From: a virus
Length of the DNA: 34,655 bases
Reading direction: 5' to 3' (one strand)
UHGV virus genome: UHGV-0219368
Shown here: positions 1-8,609 of the stretch, in pieces
Layout: each line of letters opens with the position of its first letter
Position numbering within the stretch: position 1 is the stretch's first letter
Notes under the pieces: generated by a model
What the model saw: the letters and a program-made list of their open reading frames with translations, nothing else
What the model was told of the DNA's origin: nothing
Database searches by the model: none
Program-made: the position numbers and the translations under genes

Positions 1-49
1 AAAATGTTTGCGTTAAGTGCGATTTATGAATACTAGGAGGAAAGAGAAC

Positions 50-445
50 ATGAAAATTTGGATTGATGATATTCAAGGTTATTTAGACGGATATTCCACA
101 ATGGAACAACCGAATAAAATTGAACTTGAAGTAGAAAAAGAACCAACAGATTTTTTTAATTATCGCTGGGACGGAACAAGCTTAATATACGATCCTGACA
201 ATGTGCCAGAACCAGAGCCAGCACCACCAACCGACATTGAAGTATTACAAGCAGAAAATGCGGAATTAAAACAATTGAATTCAAAACTCATGGTTAATGA
301 TGTGAATTTAAAAAAAGAGCTTTCAGAAGTAACGAAAAAAGCAGATAATTTTGCGCAAATTAGTGCAAAATCAATGCTTGCTATTAATCAATTAACCAAT
401 CAGGTAAAAGAAATTAACGAAAAATTAGCAGAAGGAGTGGAATAA
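50..445 (+). CDS. phage late protein, hypothetical; coiled-coil C-terminal half; sits just upstream of the XkdX-like gene and the lysis cassette
   Basis: ORF-track frame 17..445. An AGGAGG RBS at 34-39 places the ATG at 50. Heptad-like Q/E/K/L-rich C-terminus. The position resembles XkdW-like genes that precede holin genes. Confidence 0.5.
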   Translation: MKIWIDDIQGYLDGYSTMEQPNKIELEVEKEPTDFFNYRWDGTSLIYDPDNVPEPEPAPPTDIEVLQAENAELKQLNSKLMVNDVNLKKELSEVTKKADNFAQISAKSMLAINQLTNQVKEINEKLAEGVE

Positions 446-446
446 A

Positions 447-584
447 ATGTTTACATTTGATGACATTAAAATGATGTATGACTGGGGCTGTTTTACAGAT
501 GAACAAGTTGCAGAATTTGTACCACTTTGTATAACAGAAGATGAATTTACAAAAATGACAGGAAAACCGTTTAGCAAAGGCTAA
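447..584 (+). CDS. XkdX-family small phage protein (45 aa)
   Basis: Absent from the ORF track because it is <60 aa. RBS GAAGGAG at 431-437, ATG 447, TAA 582-584. Translation MFTFDDIKMMYDWGCFTDEQVAEFVPLCITEDEFTKMTGKPFSKG fits the XkdX pattern (F..IK..Y..G..T.EQV..V..G.IT..E...ITG), and the gene sits in the typical place before the holin. Confidence 0.6.
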   Translation: MFTFDDIKMMYDWGCFTDEQVAEFVPLCITEDEFTKMTGKPFSKG

Positions 585-613
585 GCGGTTTTTATTATTG
601 GAAGGTGGAAGAC

Positions 614-1018
614 ATGGTGATTATTGATAATCAAGCGTTAATAGCAGAATTTAAAAATTTAATTTCAAACGGCTTTATCCAAGTGTTTGTTTGGATTGTG
701 TTAGGAGATATTGCAACAGGTATTTGTAAGGGAATCTACAGGGAAGAAGGAAATAGTACAAAGGGATTACCTGGATTAATTAAACATTTACTTGTTGTAT
801 GTTTAGTTATAGTGACCTATCCATATTTAAAAATAATGGGATTCTCATCTATTGCTGATGGTTTTGTTTTATTTTACATTGCTGTTTATGGTCTTTCGAT
901 TACAGAAAACTTAGGGCAGCTAGGTGTTCCGTTACCTTCTTGGGTTAAAAATCATCTAAGCAAATTAAAAGATGAAAATGATAAAGGAGGTGAACCGAAA
1001 GATGGTACAGGTAATTAA
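614..1018 (+). CDS. holin (class I, three predicted TM helices, charged C-terminus; phiLC3-like)
   Basis: Track ORF 605..1018. The ATG at 614 follows GAAGGTGG. Three hydrophobic segments (IQVFVWIVLGDIATGI, LIKHLLVVCLVIVTYPYL, FVLFYIAVYGLSI) and a K/D/E-rich tail. Lies immediately upstream of the endolysin and overlaps it. Confidence 0.7.
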   Translation: MVIIDNQALIAEFKNLISNGFIQVFVWIVLGDIATGICKGIYREEGNSTKGLPGLIKHLLVVCLVIVTYPYLKIMGFSSIADGFVLFYIAVYGLSITENLGQLGVPLPSWVKNHLSKLKDENDKGGEPKDGTGN

Positions 1019-1835
1019 TCAATCTGTTTGTGGAGGAATTGCTGGTAGACGCCCCAACGCAACACCAAAAGGCGTTGTCATTCATAACGATGCAGGAAGT
1101 ATTTATGCGACTGCTGCGCAATATGTTAATGCTTTAGCTGTAATGTCTCCTACGCAATTAGCGAATGGTTTTGCTCATTATTATATTGATCGAAATACAA
1201 TTGCACGTGTAGAAGATACATTCAACGCAGCTTGGCATACAGCAAATTCAGATGGAAATTTGAACTATGTTGGTTATGAGGTTTGTCAATCGATGGGCGC
1301 TAGCTATGCAGACTTTTTAGCGAATGAGCAAATGACATTTAAGCAAGTAGCCGAAGATATGAAGTTTTGGGGAATGCAACCTAATAGAGATACTGTAAGA
1401 TTGCACAAAGAATTTGTTCCTACAGCATGTCCTCATCGTTCGTGGGAATTGCATGGAAAAGAAACAAACGCAGTAAAAGACTATTTTATTAGCCAAATAA
1501 AAAAATATATGGGAAATCAAAACGAAAACAATAGCAACTCAAGTAATAACAATCAAAATACAATAAAAGGGAGAGAAGCAACGATGTTTTGTTTATATCA
1601 ACGACCAATTAATAGTAAAACAGGAAAATTAGAAGATAACGGGGATCACTGGGCTACATTCTTCTGTAATGGAGTGAATTGCCGACGTTTATATCATGGC
1701 GATGAGGCAGAAGTAATAAAAACAGTATACAGAGAGAACAACGGAAAAGAAATACCGTTCTTTGGTAAAGAGAAATGGCCTAAAAATGCTCCATGGTACA
1801 AACGTTTAGAGACTGTTTGTCCAGTTGTAAAATAG
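1002..1835 (+). CDS. endolysin: N-acetylmuramoyl-L-alanine amidase (amidase_2/PGRP fold), N/S/Q-rich linker, C-terminal cell-wall-binding domain
   Basis: Track ORF 972..1835. AGGAGG at 985-990 supports ATG 1002. Amidase_2-like motifs: VVIHNDAG, YVGYEVCQS, EFVPTACPH. Linker NQNENNSNSSNNNQN. The C-terminal ~85 aa has no catalytic motifs. An in-frame internal ATG at 1584 carries its own SD (see findings). Confidence 0.8.
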   Translation: MVQVINQSVCGGIAGRRPNATPKGVVIHNDAGSIYATAAQYVNALAVMSPTQLANGFAHYYIDRNTIARVEDTFNAAWHTANSDGNLNYVGYEVCQSMGASYADFLANEQMTFKQVAEDMKFWGMQPNRDTVRLHKEFVPTACPHRSWELHGKETNAVKDYFISQIKKYMGNQNENNSNSSNNNQNTIKGREATMFCLYQRPINSKTGKLEDNGDHWATFFCNGVNCRRLYHGDEAEVIKTVYRENNGKEIPFFGKEKWPKNAPWYKRLETVCPVVK

Positions 1836-1896
1836 CTTGAAATTTAAAAGCATCTGATTTAAAATATAGTTACCTTTTGATATTTCCATATTTGAC

Positions 1897-1920
1897 CTTC
1901 TTTTATGAGAATAAAAGAAG
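1897..1920 (+). terminator. perfect 10-bp hairpin CTTCTTTTAT-gaga-ATAAAAGAAG just after the endolysin
   Basis: Seen directly. AT-rich stem with no U-run, so it is at best a weak terminator or RNA-stability element. Confidence 0.35.
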
Positions 1921-1965
1921 GGTGCACCTATCTTTTTCCAAGTCCTAAGATAGGTGCATTTTTTT
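1921..1965 (+). terminator. strong rho-independent terminator of the late/lysis operon
   Basis: 11-bp stem TGCACCTATCT / AGATAGGTGCA with a 14-nt loop, followed by T7. Confidence 0.7.
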
Positions 1966-2029
1966 GTTGAAATTTAAAAAAGAAAGCGGTAAAATATGTT
2001 TACCAAACTTTTTGTTTTATTACTACTTA

Positions 2030-2063
2030 TTGCCGCCTTTCCCAAACGAGGCGGCAACTTTTT
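2030..2063 (+). terminator. second rho-independent terminator
   Basis: 8-bp stem TTGCCGCC / GGCGGCAA followed by CTTTTT. Confidence 0.6.
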
Positions 2064-2138
2064 ACATAAAAATTATTGAACTCAAAAAACAGATATTGTA
2101 AAATATTGATACATATTTAAACTCTTATTTTTTCACGC

Positions 2139-2173
2139 AGACCGCCTTTTCTCAATAAGACGGTCGTTTTTTT
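2139..2173 (+). terminator. third rho-independent terminator
   Basis: Stem AGACCGCC / GACGGTCG (one mismatch) followed by T7. Confidence 0.55.
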
Positions 2174-2174
2174 G

Positions 2175-2203
2175 TTGAAAATTGAAAATCAGTAAAGTAA
2201 AAT
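2175..2203 (+). promoter_or_regulatory. sigma-A-like promoter for the tRNA and early operon
   Basis: TTGAAA (2175-2180), 17-nt spacer, TAAAAT (2198-2203). Sits directly after the terminator cluster. Confidence 0.45.
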
Positions 2204-2265
2204 TATTATATATCAAGCTATAACCAGTAAGAACTATTTTATCCCCAATAAGGTGGTTCTTACTT

Positions 2266-2339
2266 GGACCATTAGCTCAGCTGGTTAGAGCAAACGGCTC
2301 ATAACCGTTCGGTCACAGGTTCGAGTCCTGTATGGTCCA
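2266..2339 (+). tRNA. tRNA with anticodon CAU (elongator Met or Ile2/lysidine type); no encoded CCA
   Basis: Cloverleaf by hand. Acceptor GGACCAT/ATGGTCC. D-arm GCTC-AGCTGGTTA-GAGC. Anticodon arm AACGG-CTCATAA-CCGTT. T-arm ACAGG-TTCGAGT-CCTGT. Discriminator A. Not an initiator type (G1-C72 pair, no GGG/CCC anticodon stem). Confidence 0.85.
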
Positions 2340-2413
2340 TATATTTTTATTTGCAAATAAAATAATAGAGGAGTAGACTTAAAGTATCAAATGTTTAAGG
2401 AGTGTTATCTATT

Positions 2414-3307
2414 ATGTCAAACTATGAAGAAAAAGAAGCAAAAGCATTAGTAAAAATTGCAGATGTTTTGAACAAACTGGATTCAAATTTAGAAGAATTA
2501 GATTCTCTAAATGAAGATGCAAAAAAACATAGTATGAAAAAATGGCTTGTTGAGAAAAGAGCCATGCATGAAATTAAAAAGATTGCACACGAAGCTGGTA
2601 AGTATGATAAGTACGATGAAAAAGAATTACAAAAAGAAATTGAACATGTATCAGTTGATCGTTCAAAAGCGGATTTAGTTGAACTCGATCCAATTAAACG
2701 AGCAGAAACACTCACAGTTAATTCTTTATCTGGATTAATTGGTTATCTACAATCAAAATTTTCCCATGAAGAAGTTACGTCAAAATTATTAATTCATGTT
2801 GAAAGCCCAACAAACGTTGCTGTTTATTCAGCTTTAGATGCAGACCGTAAGCGTGAAAAAATTATTGAAGCAAAAGCGTTATTAGAAGTGTTTCCATATA
2901 GTCGCTTTATGGATTCAGAAGAATTTATTATTAATGTTCAATCTCTTATTCAACGTGATCTTGATGCAAAAGCTATTCTGGAATGTGCCAGCGCTATTCG
3001 AATTGAAGGTGGGGGAGATTTAGTTGATAACGGAGTTTCTCAAGTTGCTACAGTAAAAGAAGAAGCAGCAACGCTTACAAAAGCAGAAGTACCTAGTCCA
3101 GCAAATTTAAGACCTTATCGAACATTTTTAGAAGTTGAACAGCCAGATAGCCCATTTGTTTTTAGAATCAATAAATATGGTCATTGCGCATTGTTCGAAG
3201 CAGATGGTGGGATTTGGAAACATGTAGCTATGGAACGTATTCATGAATATTTAACTCAATCTTTAAATGAGTATGTTGACAAAGGTTCAGTAACAATTAT
3301 TGCGTAA
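2414..3307 (+). CDS. hypothetical early phage protein (~297 aa)
   Basis: Track ORF 2402..3307. AAGGAG at 2397-2402. The ATG at 2414 is the likelier start, though the track's GTG at 2402 is possible. No motif recognised. Confidence 0.5.
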   Translation: MSNYEEKEAKALVKIADVLNKLDSNLEELDSLNEDAKKHSMKKWLVEKRAMHEIKKIAHEAGKYDKYDEKELQKEIEHVSVDRSKADLVELDPIKRAETLTVNSLSGLIGYLQSKFSHEEVTSKLLIHVESPTNVAVYSALDADRKREKIIEAKALLEVFPYSRFMDSEEFIINVQSLIQRDLDAKAILECASAIRIEGGGDLVDNGVSQVATVKEEAATLTKAEVPSPANLRPYRTFLEVEQPDSPFVFRINKYGHCALFEADGGIWKHVAMERIHEYLTQSLNEYVDKGSVTIIA

Positions 3308-3379
3308 ATAAAAAGAGCCTCACTCGTTTTTTTGACGAGTGAGGACACATACAAAATGAACTAAGGAGAGTATACCAAA

Positions 3380-3718
3380 ATGAACGATAAAATTCAAAAA
3401 TTGATTAAAAAACTAGCAAAAGAATGCCAGAAAGAAGATGTAGCTTTATCTTTGGCAGCTATCGATTTAGAAGGAGAGATGGCAATATCTCAAGTTGGAA
3501 AAGGCACGATAGTAGCCATTGCTGCACATAGCCAATATACACTAACAAAAGAAAAACTGGAACAATCAGATTGTGATTGTCCAAAACATCGTTTATTAAA
3601 AGAGATGTACGGTACTGAAACAGAAACTACGACTAAAAATACACATACTTTTGTCACAGATGATCCAAACGATTTGATGGATATATTATCGAAGATTTTT
3701 CGAGGTGAGTTTAAATGA
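3380..3718 (+). CDS. hypothetical early phage protein
   Basis: Track ORF with RBS AAGGAG at 3363-3368. An intrinsic terminator (3311-3345, GAGCCTCACTCG...CGAGTGAGGAC) precedes it. Confidence 0.5.
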   Translation: MNDKIQKLIKKLAKECQKEDVALSLAAIDLEGEMAISQVGKGTIVAIAAHSQYTLTKEKLEQSDCDCPKHRLLKEMYGTETETTTKNTHTFVTDDPNDLMDILSKIFRGEFK

Positions 3719-3913
3719 CTAGAAAAGAAAAGTTAAACCAAGCAAAAAGATTAGCTGATTTATGGTACAAACAACAAAAAAGTCAACTATACATTGCGCA
3801 ACAAAAAGAGCACAGAGGGATTGCATGATGAAAAAAGCGACTACGCCGCCAAGCAAATAGTCGCATACAAAATTATACTAGAAAAATTGTAACACAGAAA
3901 AGAGGTTTTGTGA

Positions 3914-4231
3914 ATGAATCGTAGAGAAGCAAATGCACTAGACAGATATTTAACAGAGCCGACTGAAAAACCACATAAGGAAACCTATGAAGATGATCCA
4001 GTGGATACTACTGATTATTTTGGAAATGAAATTGCTGATGAAGACGGTGTGTTTGAGATAACTTTTGCAATGAAATGTCTTTATACAGGACAACCAGTAC
4101 TCACTTGTAAAAAAATTGCTACACAAGATACAATCGTTGATTTGATAGAAGAATTAGGCGAAGAAAACGTGTATTTAATTGAATATGTGAGTTCAGGAAA
4201 AAGATATAAGGAGGGCTTATTGAATGACTGA
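3914..4231 (+). CDS. hypothetical early phage protein; overlaps the start of the ERF gene
   Basis: Track ORF. RBS AGAGG. Confidence 0.45.
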   Translation: MNRREANALDRYLTEPTEKPHKETYEDDPVDTTDYFGNEIADEDGVFEITFAMKCLYTGQPVLTCKKIATQDTIVDLIEELGEENVYLIEYVSSGKRYKEGLLND

Positions 4232-4958
4232 AGCAACCAAAACAGATTTTTCTAAGTTGAATGTTTATCAAAAATTAGCGTATGTGAGACAAAAAGCACC
4301 ATATATTCAAAAAAGTAAACGTGGCCAGCAGTACAGCTATGTGGGGTCAAGCGATGTACTATCCGCATTAAATACAGTCATAAATCAAGTTGGATTAATT
4401 TTGAAGCCAGAAATTGTTGCTCATCAAGTTCGGGAATCACAAGATGAGGTATGGAAAGCGGATAAAGTAAAGAAAGAGCCTGTAGCCAAAAAACGTACAA
4501 CGTATTTTACAGAGCTAGAGTTAATGATGACATGGATTAATATTCATAATCCTTCTGAGATTGTTGCTTGTTCATGGTATAGCCAAGGAGTAGATATTGA
4601 AGGAGAAAAGGGGGTAGGAAAAGCACTAACGTATGCGGAAAAATATTTTTTATTGAAATTTTTTAATATTGCAACAGATGATGACGATCCTGATAAATAC
4701 CAAAAAGAACAGCTAAAAAATACTACAATTACTGAACGGCAAATTGATATGTTGAACGCATCAATTAGTAGAGTAGCCGAGCTGGCAGGGCAAGAATTTG
4801 AAGCTGTGAAATCGTTAGCTATAAATGATTCTGATTTGAATCCTAAAAAAGCATTTGAAGAATATAGTGCTTATGATTATGGTGTTATTTCTAAATTGCT
4901 TGCGAAGTGGATAAATTTTTATGAATCTAGGCAGAAGGTTCAAGAAGATAAGAAGTGA
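4224..4958 (+). CDS. erf: ERF-family single-strand annealing protein (recombinase)
   Basis: RBS AAGGAGGG at 4207-4214. Resembles P22 Erf by recall: N-terminal YQKLAYVRQKAPYIQKSKRGQQYSYVGSSDVLSALNTV, and ALTYAEKYFLLKFFNIATDDDDPD versus Erf ATSSYARKYCLNGLFGIDDAKDAD. Located upstream of the replication genes. Confidence 0.7.
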   Translation: MTEATKTDFSKLNVYQKLAYVRQKAPYIQKSKRGQQYSYVGSSDVLSALNTVINQVGLILKPEIVAHQVRESQDEVWKADKVKKEPVAKKRTTYFTELELMMTWINIHNPSEIVACSWYSQGVDIEGEKGVGKALTYAEKYFLLKFFNIATDDDDPDKYQKEQLKNTTITERQIDMLNASISRVAELAGQEFEAVKSLAINDSDLNPKKAFEEYSAYDYGVISKLLAKWINFYESRQKVQEDKK

Positions 4959-4962
4959 TTGA

Positions 4963-5603
4963 ATGATTGGAAAAATCATAAAACACAAAGGAAATAAATT
5001 GGCGATTGAGTTTGAGGATGAGATCAACTCGAATTTCCTCAAACTCCTAGCTAACAACGATGACAATTTAGTAAAAGTTGAACTATTAGATAATCGACAA
5101 ATGTCTCAAAAACAGAATGCACTTTCTCACGTTTTAATAGCTGATATAGCTCGTTGGAGTTATGACGAACCAAATGGATAGAGGAAGTTTTAAAGTATTA
5201 CTACGAAGCTAAAAGTGGCGTGTATTTTGAACATAGTAAGGCTACACGACATGAAGCAACAGAATGGATTAGTTTTTTAATCGAATTCATTTTGAAAAAT
5301 GATGTACCACTAGAAAAGAGATACCAATACTTGCTAGAAAATAACAAATGGTTTTATTACTGCCTTAAATACCGTAAGTGTTGTATTTGTGGGAAACATG
5401 CCGATGTTTGTCATATCGAGGTAGTCGGTATGGGGCGAAATCGTCAAAAGATTAATCATGAAACATTTACTTTTTACGCTGGTTGTCGTCAACATCATCA
5501 AGAAGAACATCAGATAGGTACTAAGAACTTTTTAAACAAGTATCAAATTAAACCAGTAAAACTAAACGTTGAAGAACGTAAGAAGTTGAATATCGGAGGT
5601 TAA
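4963..5603 (+). pseudogene. Cys/His-rich phage protein (HNH-like or DUF968-like Zn-binding motif CICGK...CH...GC..HH) split between two frames
   Basis: Track ORFs 4963..5181 (frame 1) and 5220..5603 (frame 0). Frame 0 is open from 5166 and reads ...TKWIEEVLKYYYEAKSGVYFEH..., overlapping the end of frame 1 (...ARWSYDEPNG*). This implies a single-nucleotide indel, an assembly error or a programmed shift near 5165-5182. Confidence 0.45.
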
Positions 5604-5607
5604 CAGT

Positions 5608-5808
5608 TTGGTAGAGGAATTACTTGAAAAATACAGGCAATTAACATCGAGTCAAAAACTATTTTTTGAACTATTAGCATTTGTCTATATCGGTTCAAGA
5701 AATGGTAAAGGAATAGCTATTGAAGCACAAACAATAAAAAAAGTCGTTAACGGAGAAATTAAGCATAAATATGTTTATACGGTCGTTGTTGATGAGGAGG
5801 ATAACTAG
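5608..5808 (+). CDS. hypothetical small protein
   Basis: GGAGG followed by a TTG start at 5608. Confidence 0.45.
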   Translation: MVEELLEKYRQLTSSQKLFFELLAFVYIGSRNGKGIAIEAQTIKKVVNGEIKHKYVYTVVVDEEDN

Positions 5809-6665
5809 TGAATGAACATAGAGGATATTACGCCATTATCCCAGCGATTGTTCGCTATGATAACCACTTAAATGGGAATGCAAAATTATTGTATGGAGAG
5901 CTAACGGCATTAGCAAATGAAAAAGGCTATTGTTGGGCAACGAATCAATATTTTGCAAATCTGTATAACGTTAGCAAGCGAACAATTATTTCATGGCTGA
6001 AACAGTTAGAAGAAAGAAACTATATAAAAATACAAATTTTTTATAAGCCAAACAGCAAAATGGTAGATCGGAGACATATCTATATCTTACCGTATCCAAC
6101 TGATACAGAATTTTACACCCCTAGTGAAGAAAATTTCATCACCTATGGAAAAAATCATCAGGAGGGGGATGAAGAAAATTTCACTACCCCTAGTGAAGAA
6201 AACTTCACAGAGAATAATACATTAATTAATAATACAAAGAATAATACAAAGAATATATATAGTGTTGAACAAAGTTCAACCATGTCTGAATTATTTGAAA
6301 AGGTTTGGAAAACATATCCGAAGAAAACCAATAAGAAAAAAGCCAAAGAGCAATTCTTAAAGAAAATTAAGTCAGATGAAGACTTCGAACGGTTTAAAAC
6401 AGGATACAAAGCTTATCTTAAGTATATCAAATTAAACGACTGGTATCATCCACAAGAATTGTTCCGCTGGATACGTGATGAACGTTTTAACGATGAATAC
6501 GACTTGTCTGAAACGGCAACGCAAGTAAGATATTCAAATAATCCAGTTAGACAAGAGAAGTTGCCAGATTGGGTAAATGAACCAAAAAAAGAAGAGGAGA
6601 AACTATCACCAGAAAAGCAAGCTGAACTTGATAGGCAAATAAAAGAATACTTGGAGGGGAAATGA
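5808..6665 (+). CDS. phage replisome organiser / replication initiator (DnaD-like N-terminal winged-helix domain)
   Basis: GAGGAGG RBS and GTG start. N-terminus YYAIIPAIVRYDNHLNGNAKLLYGELTALANEKGYCWATNQYFANLYNVSKRTIISWLKQLEERNYI is typical of the phage replisome-organiser N-terminal domain. The coding region contains iteron-like repeats. Confidence 0.75.
   Translation: MNEHRGYYAIIPAIVRYDNHLNGNAKLLYGELTALANEKGYCWATNQYFANLYNVSKRTIISWLKQLEERNYIKIQIFYKPNSKMVDRRHIYILPYPTDTEFYTPSEENFITYGKNHQEGDEENFTTPSEENFTENNTLINNTKNNTKNIYSVEQSSTMSELFEKVWKTYPKKTNKKKAKEQFLKKIKSDEDFERFKTGYKAYLKYIKLNDWYHPQELFRWIRDERFNDEYDLSETATQVRYSNNPVRQEKLPDWVNEPKKEEEKLSPEKQAELDRQIKEYLEGK
6111..6262 (+). repeat. iteron-like direct repeats (3x GAAGAAAAYTTCA, 2x ACCCCTAGTGAAGAAAA) plus a tandem AATAATACAAAG x2 AT-rich tract inside the replisome-organiser gene; candidate origin of replication
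   Basis: Seen directly. They encode a repeated TPSEENF peptide. Confidence 0.5.
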
Positions 6666-7070
6666 TGCGAATTATCCTGCCAATTGAACGAAAACTGCAA
6701 AGTCGCCCGAGGTTTGCAAGACGTGGGAATTATGTCCAAACCTATGAAGATAGCGCTATGGGTGCCTATAAACAAAAGGCAAAACCAGAATTGATTGAAA
6801 AAGGGGCTATTTTTGCGCATATTACGTTTTACATCGCTACCCCTAAAATATCTATTAAGTTCTAAAAAGAAACGCTTAGAAGTGAAATTAGAGCGGAAAT
6901 ATTGCGATAAGAAACCTGACTTGGATAATTATTTCAAAGCAGTCACTGATGCTGCCGAAGGTATTTTATATAAAAACGATGGTCAAATTGCTGTGATGGT
7001 TTGCCAAAAGTTGTACAGTATGCGACAGCGAACAGAAATTGAAATTATGAGTTTGGAGGAAAAGGAATGA
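6662..7070 (+). pseudogene. rusA: RusA-family Holliday-junction resolvase interrupted by a frameshift in an A-run near 6853-6870
   Basis: Track ORFs 6662..6865 (ILPIERKLQSRPRF...FYIATPKISIKF*) and 6795..7070 (…SSKKKRLEVKLERKYCDKKPDLDNYFKAVTDAAEGILYKNDGQIAV). KPDLDN...D.QI is the RusA signature. The two halves are in different frames around ttctaaaaagaaa. Confidence 0.6.
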
Positions 7071-7828
7071 CGAAAAACAAACTCAGAGAAACAAAAAGAG
7101 CCATTCGTCATAGAATTCTTTTTTTGACTGGTGATGATGAATCGTGGATGAATAATTCAGAAATCGTGGAAGAGGTCCAGAGATTATCAAAACAACTGAA
7201 TTCTAATCTTATAAACGATAAGCGACCACTACCAAAAATAGATCCCGATAAGCTAACGAAAGAAGAATACCAGCGCTTATTAGACTTAGGTTATCAAGTA
7301 AACGATATTAAGAAAGCTCTCGGACTGGGAACAACCACATTTCAAAACTGGCGAAAGGCAAATGGCATAGAAAACATAATTAAGCGAAAAGAAAATAACA
7401 AAGTAGAGGAGAACAAACGCATGAAATTTAATTTAAATACAGCAACGTTACTTATTTCAAACAATTTTGGAGTGAAAGCAGAGGAATGTTTAACGATCTC
7501 AAAAAGCGGTCTGGCTTTAAGTGGTCCAGTAGTACAACGCTTGAACAAACCAGAATGGGTTCAACTATATTTAGACGAACAAAACAAAGCGTTATTTGTT
7601 TTGCCGTGTGAAGCAACTGCAGAAGGTGCAAGAAGTTGTGTAAGTCCTAAAGCAAATAAAAAAACAGGCTATCGAAAAAGCTGGAATGGTCACGTGTTAA
7701 GAAAAGCTGCCGAAGTTGGAGGCTTTAACATCGAAACAGATGTTTACCATGTAAAACCAGAAGAAGTGGAAGGACATCCAAACGCTTTAGGATTTGATTT
7801 GACAAAGGCGGTCAAAGTGAATGGGTAA
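7067..7828 (+). CDS. hypothetical early phage protein (253 aa)
   Basis: Track ORF. RBS GGAGGAAAAGGA followed by ATG. Confidence 0.5.
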   Translation: MTKNKLRETKRAIRHRILFLTGDDESWMNNSEIVEEVQRLSKQLNSNLINDKRPLPKIDPDKLTKEEYQRLLDLGYQVNDIKKALGLGTTTFQNWRKANGIENIIKRKENNKVEENKRMKFNLNTATLLISNNFGVKAEECLTISKSGLALSGPVVQRLNKPEWVQLYLDEQNKALFVLPCEATAEGARSCVSPKANKKTGYRKSWNGHVLRKAAEVGGFNIETDVYHVKPEEVEGHPNALGFDLTKAVKVNG

Positions 7829-7914
7829 AACTAAATCTAAAATCAAAAAGAAAAAACGCCGACTTAAAGAAAAAGCTATCGCAAACGGCACATACAATAA
7901 ACGAGGTAAAAACG

Positions 7915-8055
7915 ATGACGTGCATAAAATGCAAGGGACAGATGATTGTCTGGGAAAAAGATAGATTCGGTCATGCGAAAGCAATGCCTTGTCCGTTATG
8001 CAACAAAAGTGGGCAAGGTGTTGCGAAAAAGTTAGCTGAAATAAAGAAGAAATAA
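7915..8055 (+). CDS. small Zn-ribbon protein (46 aa, CxxC...CxxC)
   Basis: Absent from the track because it is <60 aa. GAGGT followed by ATG 7915. Translation MTCIKCKGQMIVWEKDRFGHAKAMPCPLCNKSGQGVAKKLAEIKKK. Confidence 0.4.
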   Translation: MTCIKCKGQMIVWEKDRFGHAKAMPCPLCNKSGQGVAKKLAEIKKK

Positions 8056-8399
8056 ACGAAAGGAGTGGAGGTTTGGTCGACCATAAAGAATTCTTTACTC
8101 CTGAAATGATGAATAGTTACCAAAAGAAAAAGAAACGCAAAACACATTAGAAATACTAAAAGAAGCAATGGAACTTCTGGAAAATAAAACAAGCAGTTCA
8201 TTTACTGAACCAGAACAGCTGTCATTATTTTAGAAGTGGATCCAAGAAGGCAAAGTGCAAAATCAGTGCGTGTTTTTGTCTGTTTTACGTTTCTTTATGG
8301 CTGGAAGGCTAAACCATAGAAGCAGAGCTGCAGGGAAAAATAGCAAGAAAACGTCTAAACTGATTTTATGTAATAAAAAGGCACCAGCGGAGGCTAATT

Positions 8400-8606
8400 A
8401 TGAAATTAATCTATGTTTTAACTGGAAAAGAAGAAAATAAAAACTATGTAAAAAAATTTGTTGGAAATTATTGCAGTTTTGGACCTAAAGAGGATGCAAA
8501 AGCATTTACTAGTGAAGAAGCTGAACAGATGAGAAGACTGTTAGAGAATAGTGTAGGCAATGCGTTTGTTATTGATGATGACAGAGTATTATCACAAGGA
8601 GGATAA
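8400..8606 (+). CDS. hypothetical small early protein
   Basis: Track ORF. RBS GGAGG followed by ATG. Confidence 0.45.
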   Translation: MKLIYVLTGKEENKNYVKKFVGNYCSFGPKEDAKAFTSEEAEQMRRLLENSVGNAFVIDDDRVLSQGG

Positions 8607-8609
8607 AAA

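Noticed and set aside
2341-2365. The 16-bp AT-only palindrome TTTATTTGCAAATAAA after the tRNA(CAU) as an attachment site or terminator
   Set aside because: It is a pure A/T stem with no U-run or flanking repeats, so too weak to call. It could equally be chance in AT-rich DNA.
8070-8335. Local cluster of common cloning sites (SalI, EcoRI, BamHI, PstI) that could hint at an engineered insert
   Set aside because: Six-cutter sites are expected every few kb by chance. They are not arranged as a polylinker, and the flanking sequence is ordinary phage DNA.
8255-8440. Track ORF 8255..8440 (61 aa)
   Set aside because: No RBS. The translation is arbitrary and overlaps the RBS and start of the better-supported 8400..8606 gene. 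8233-8399 is more likely non-coding (promoter or leader).
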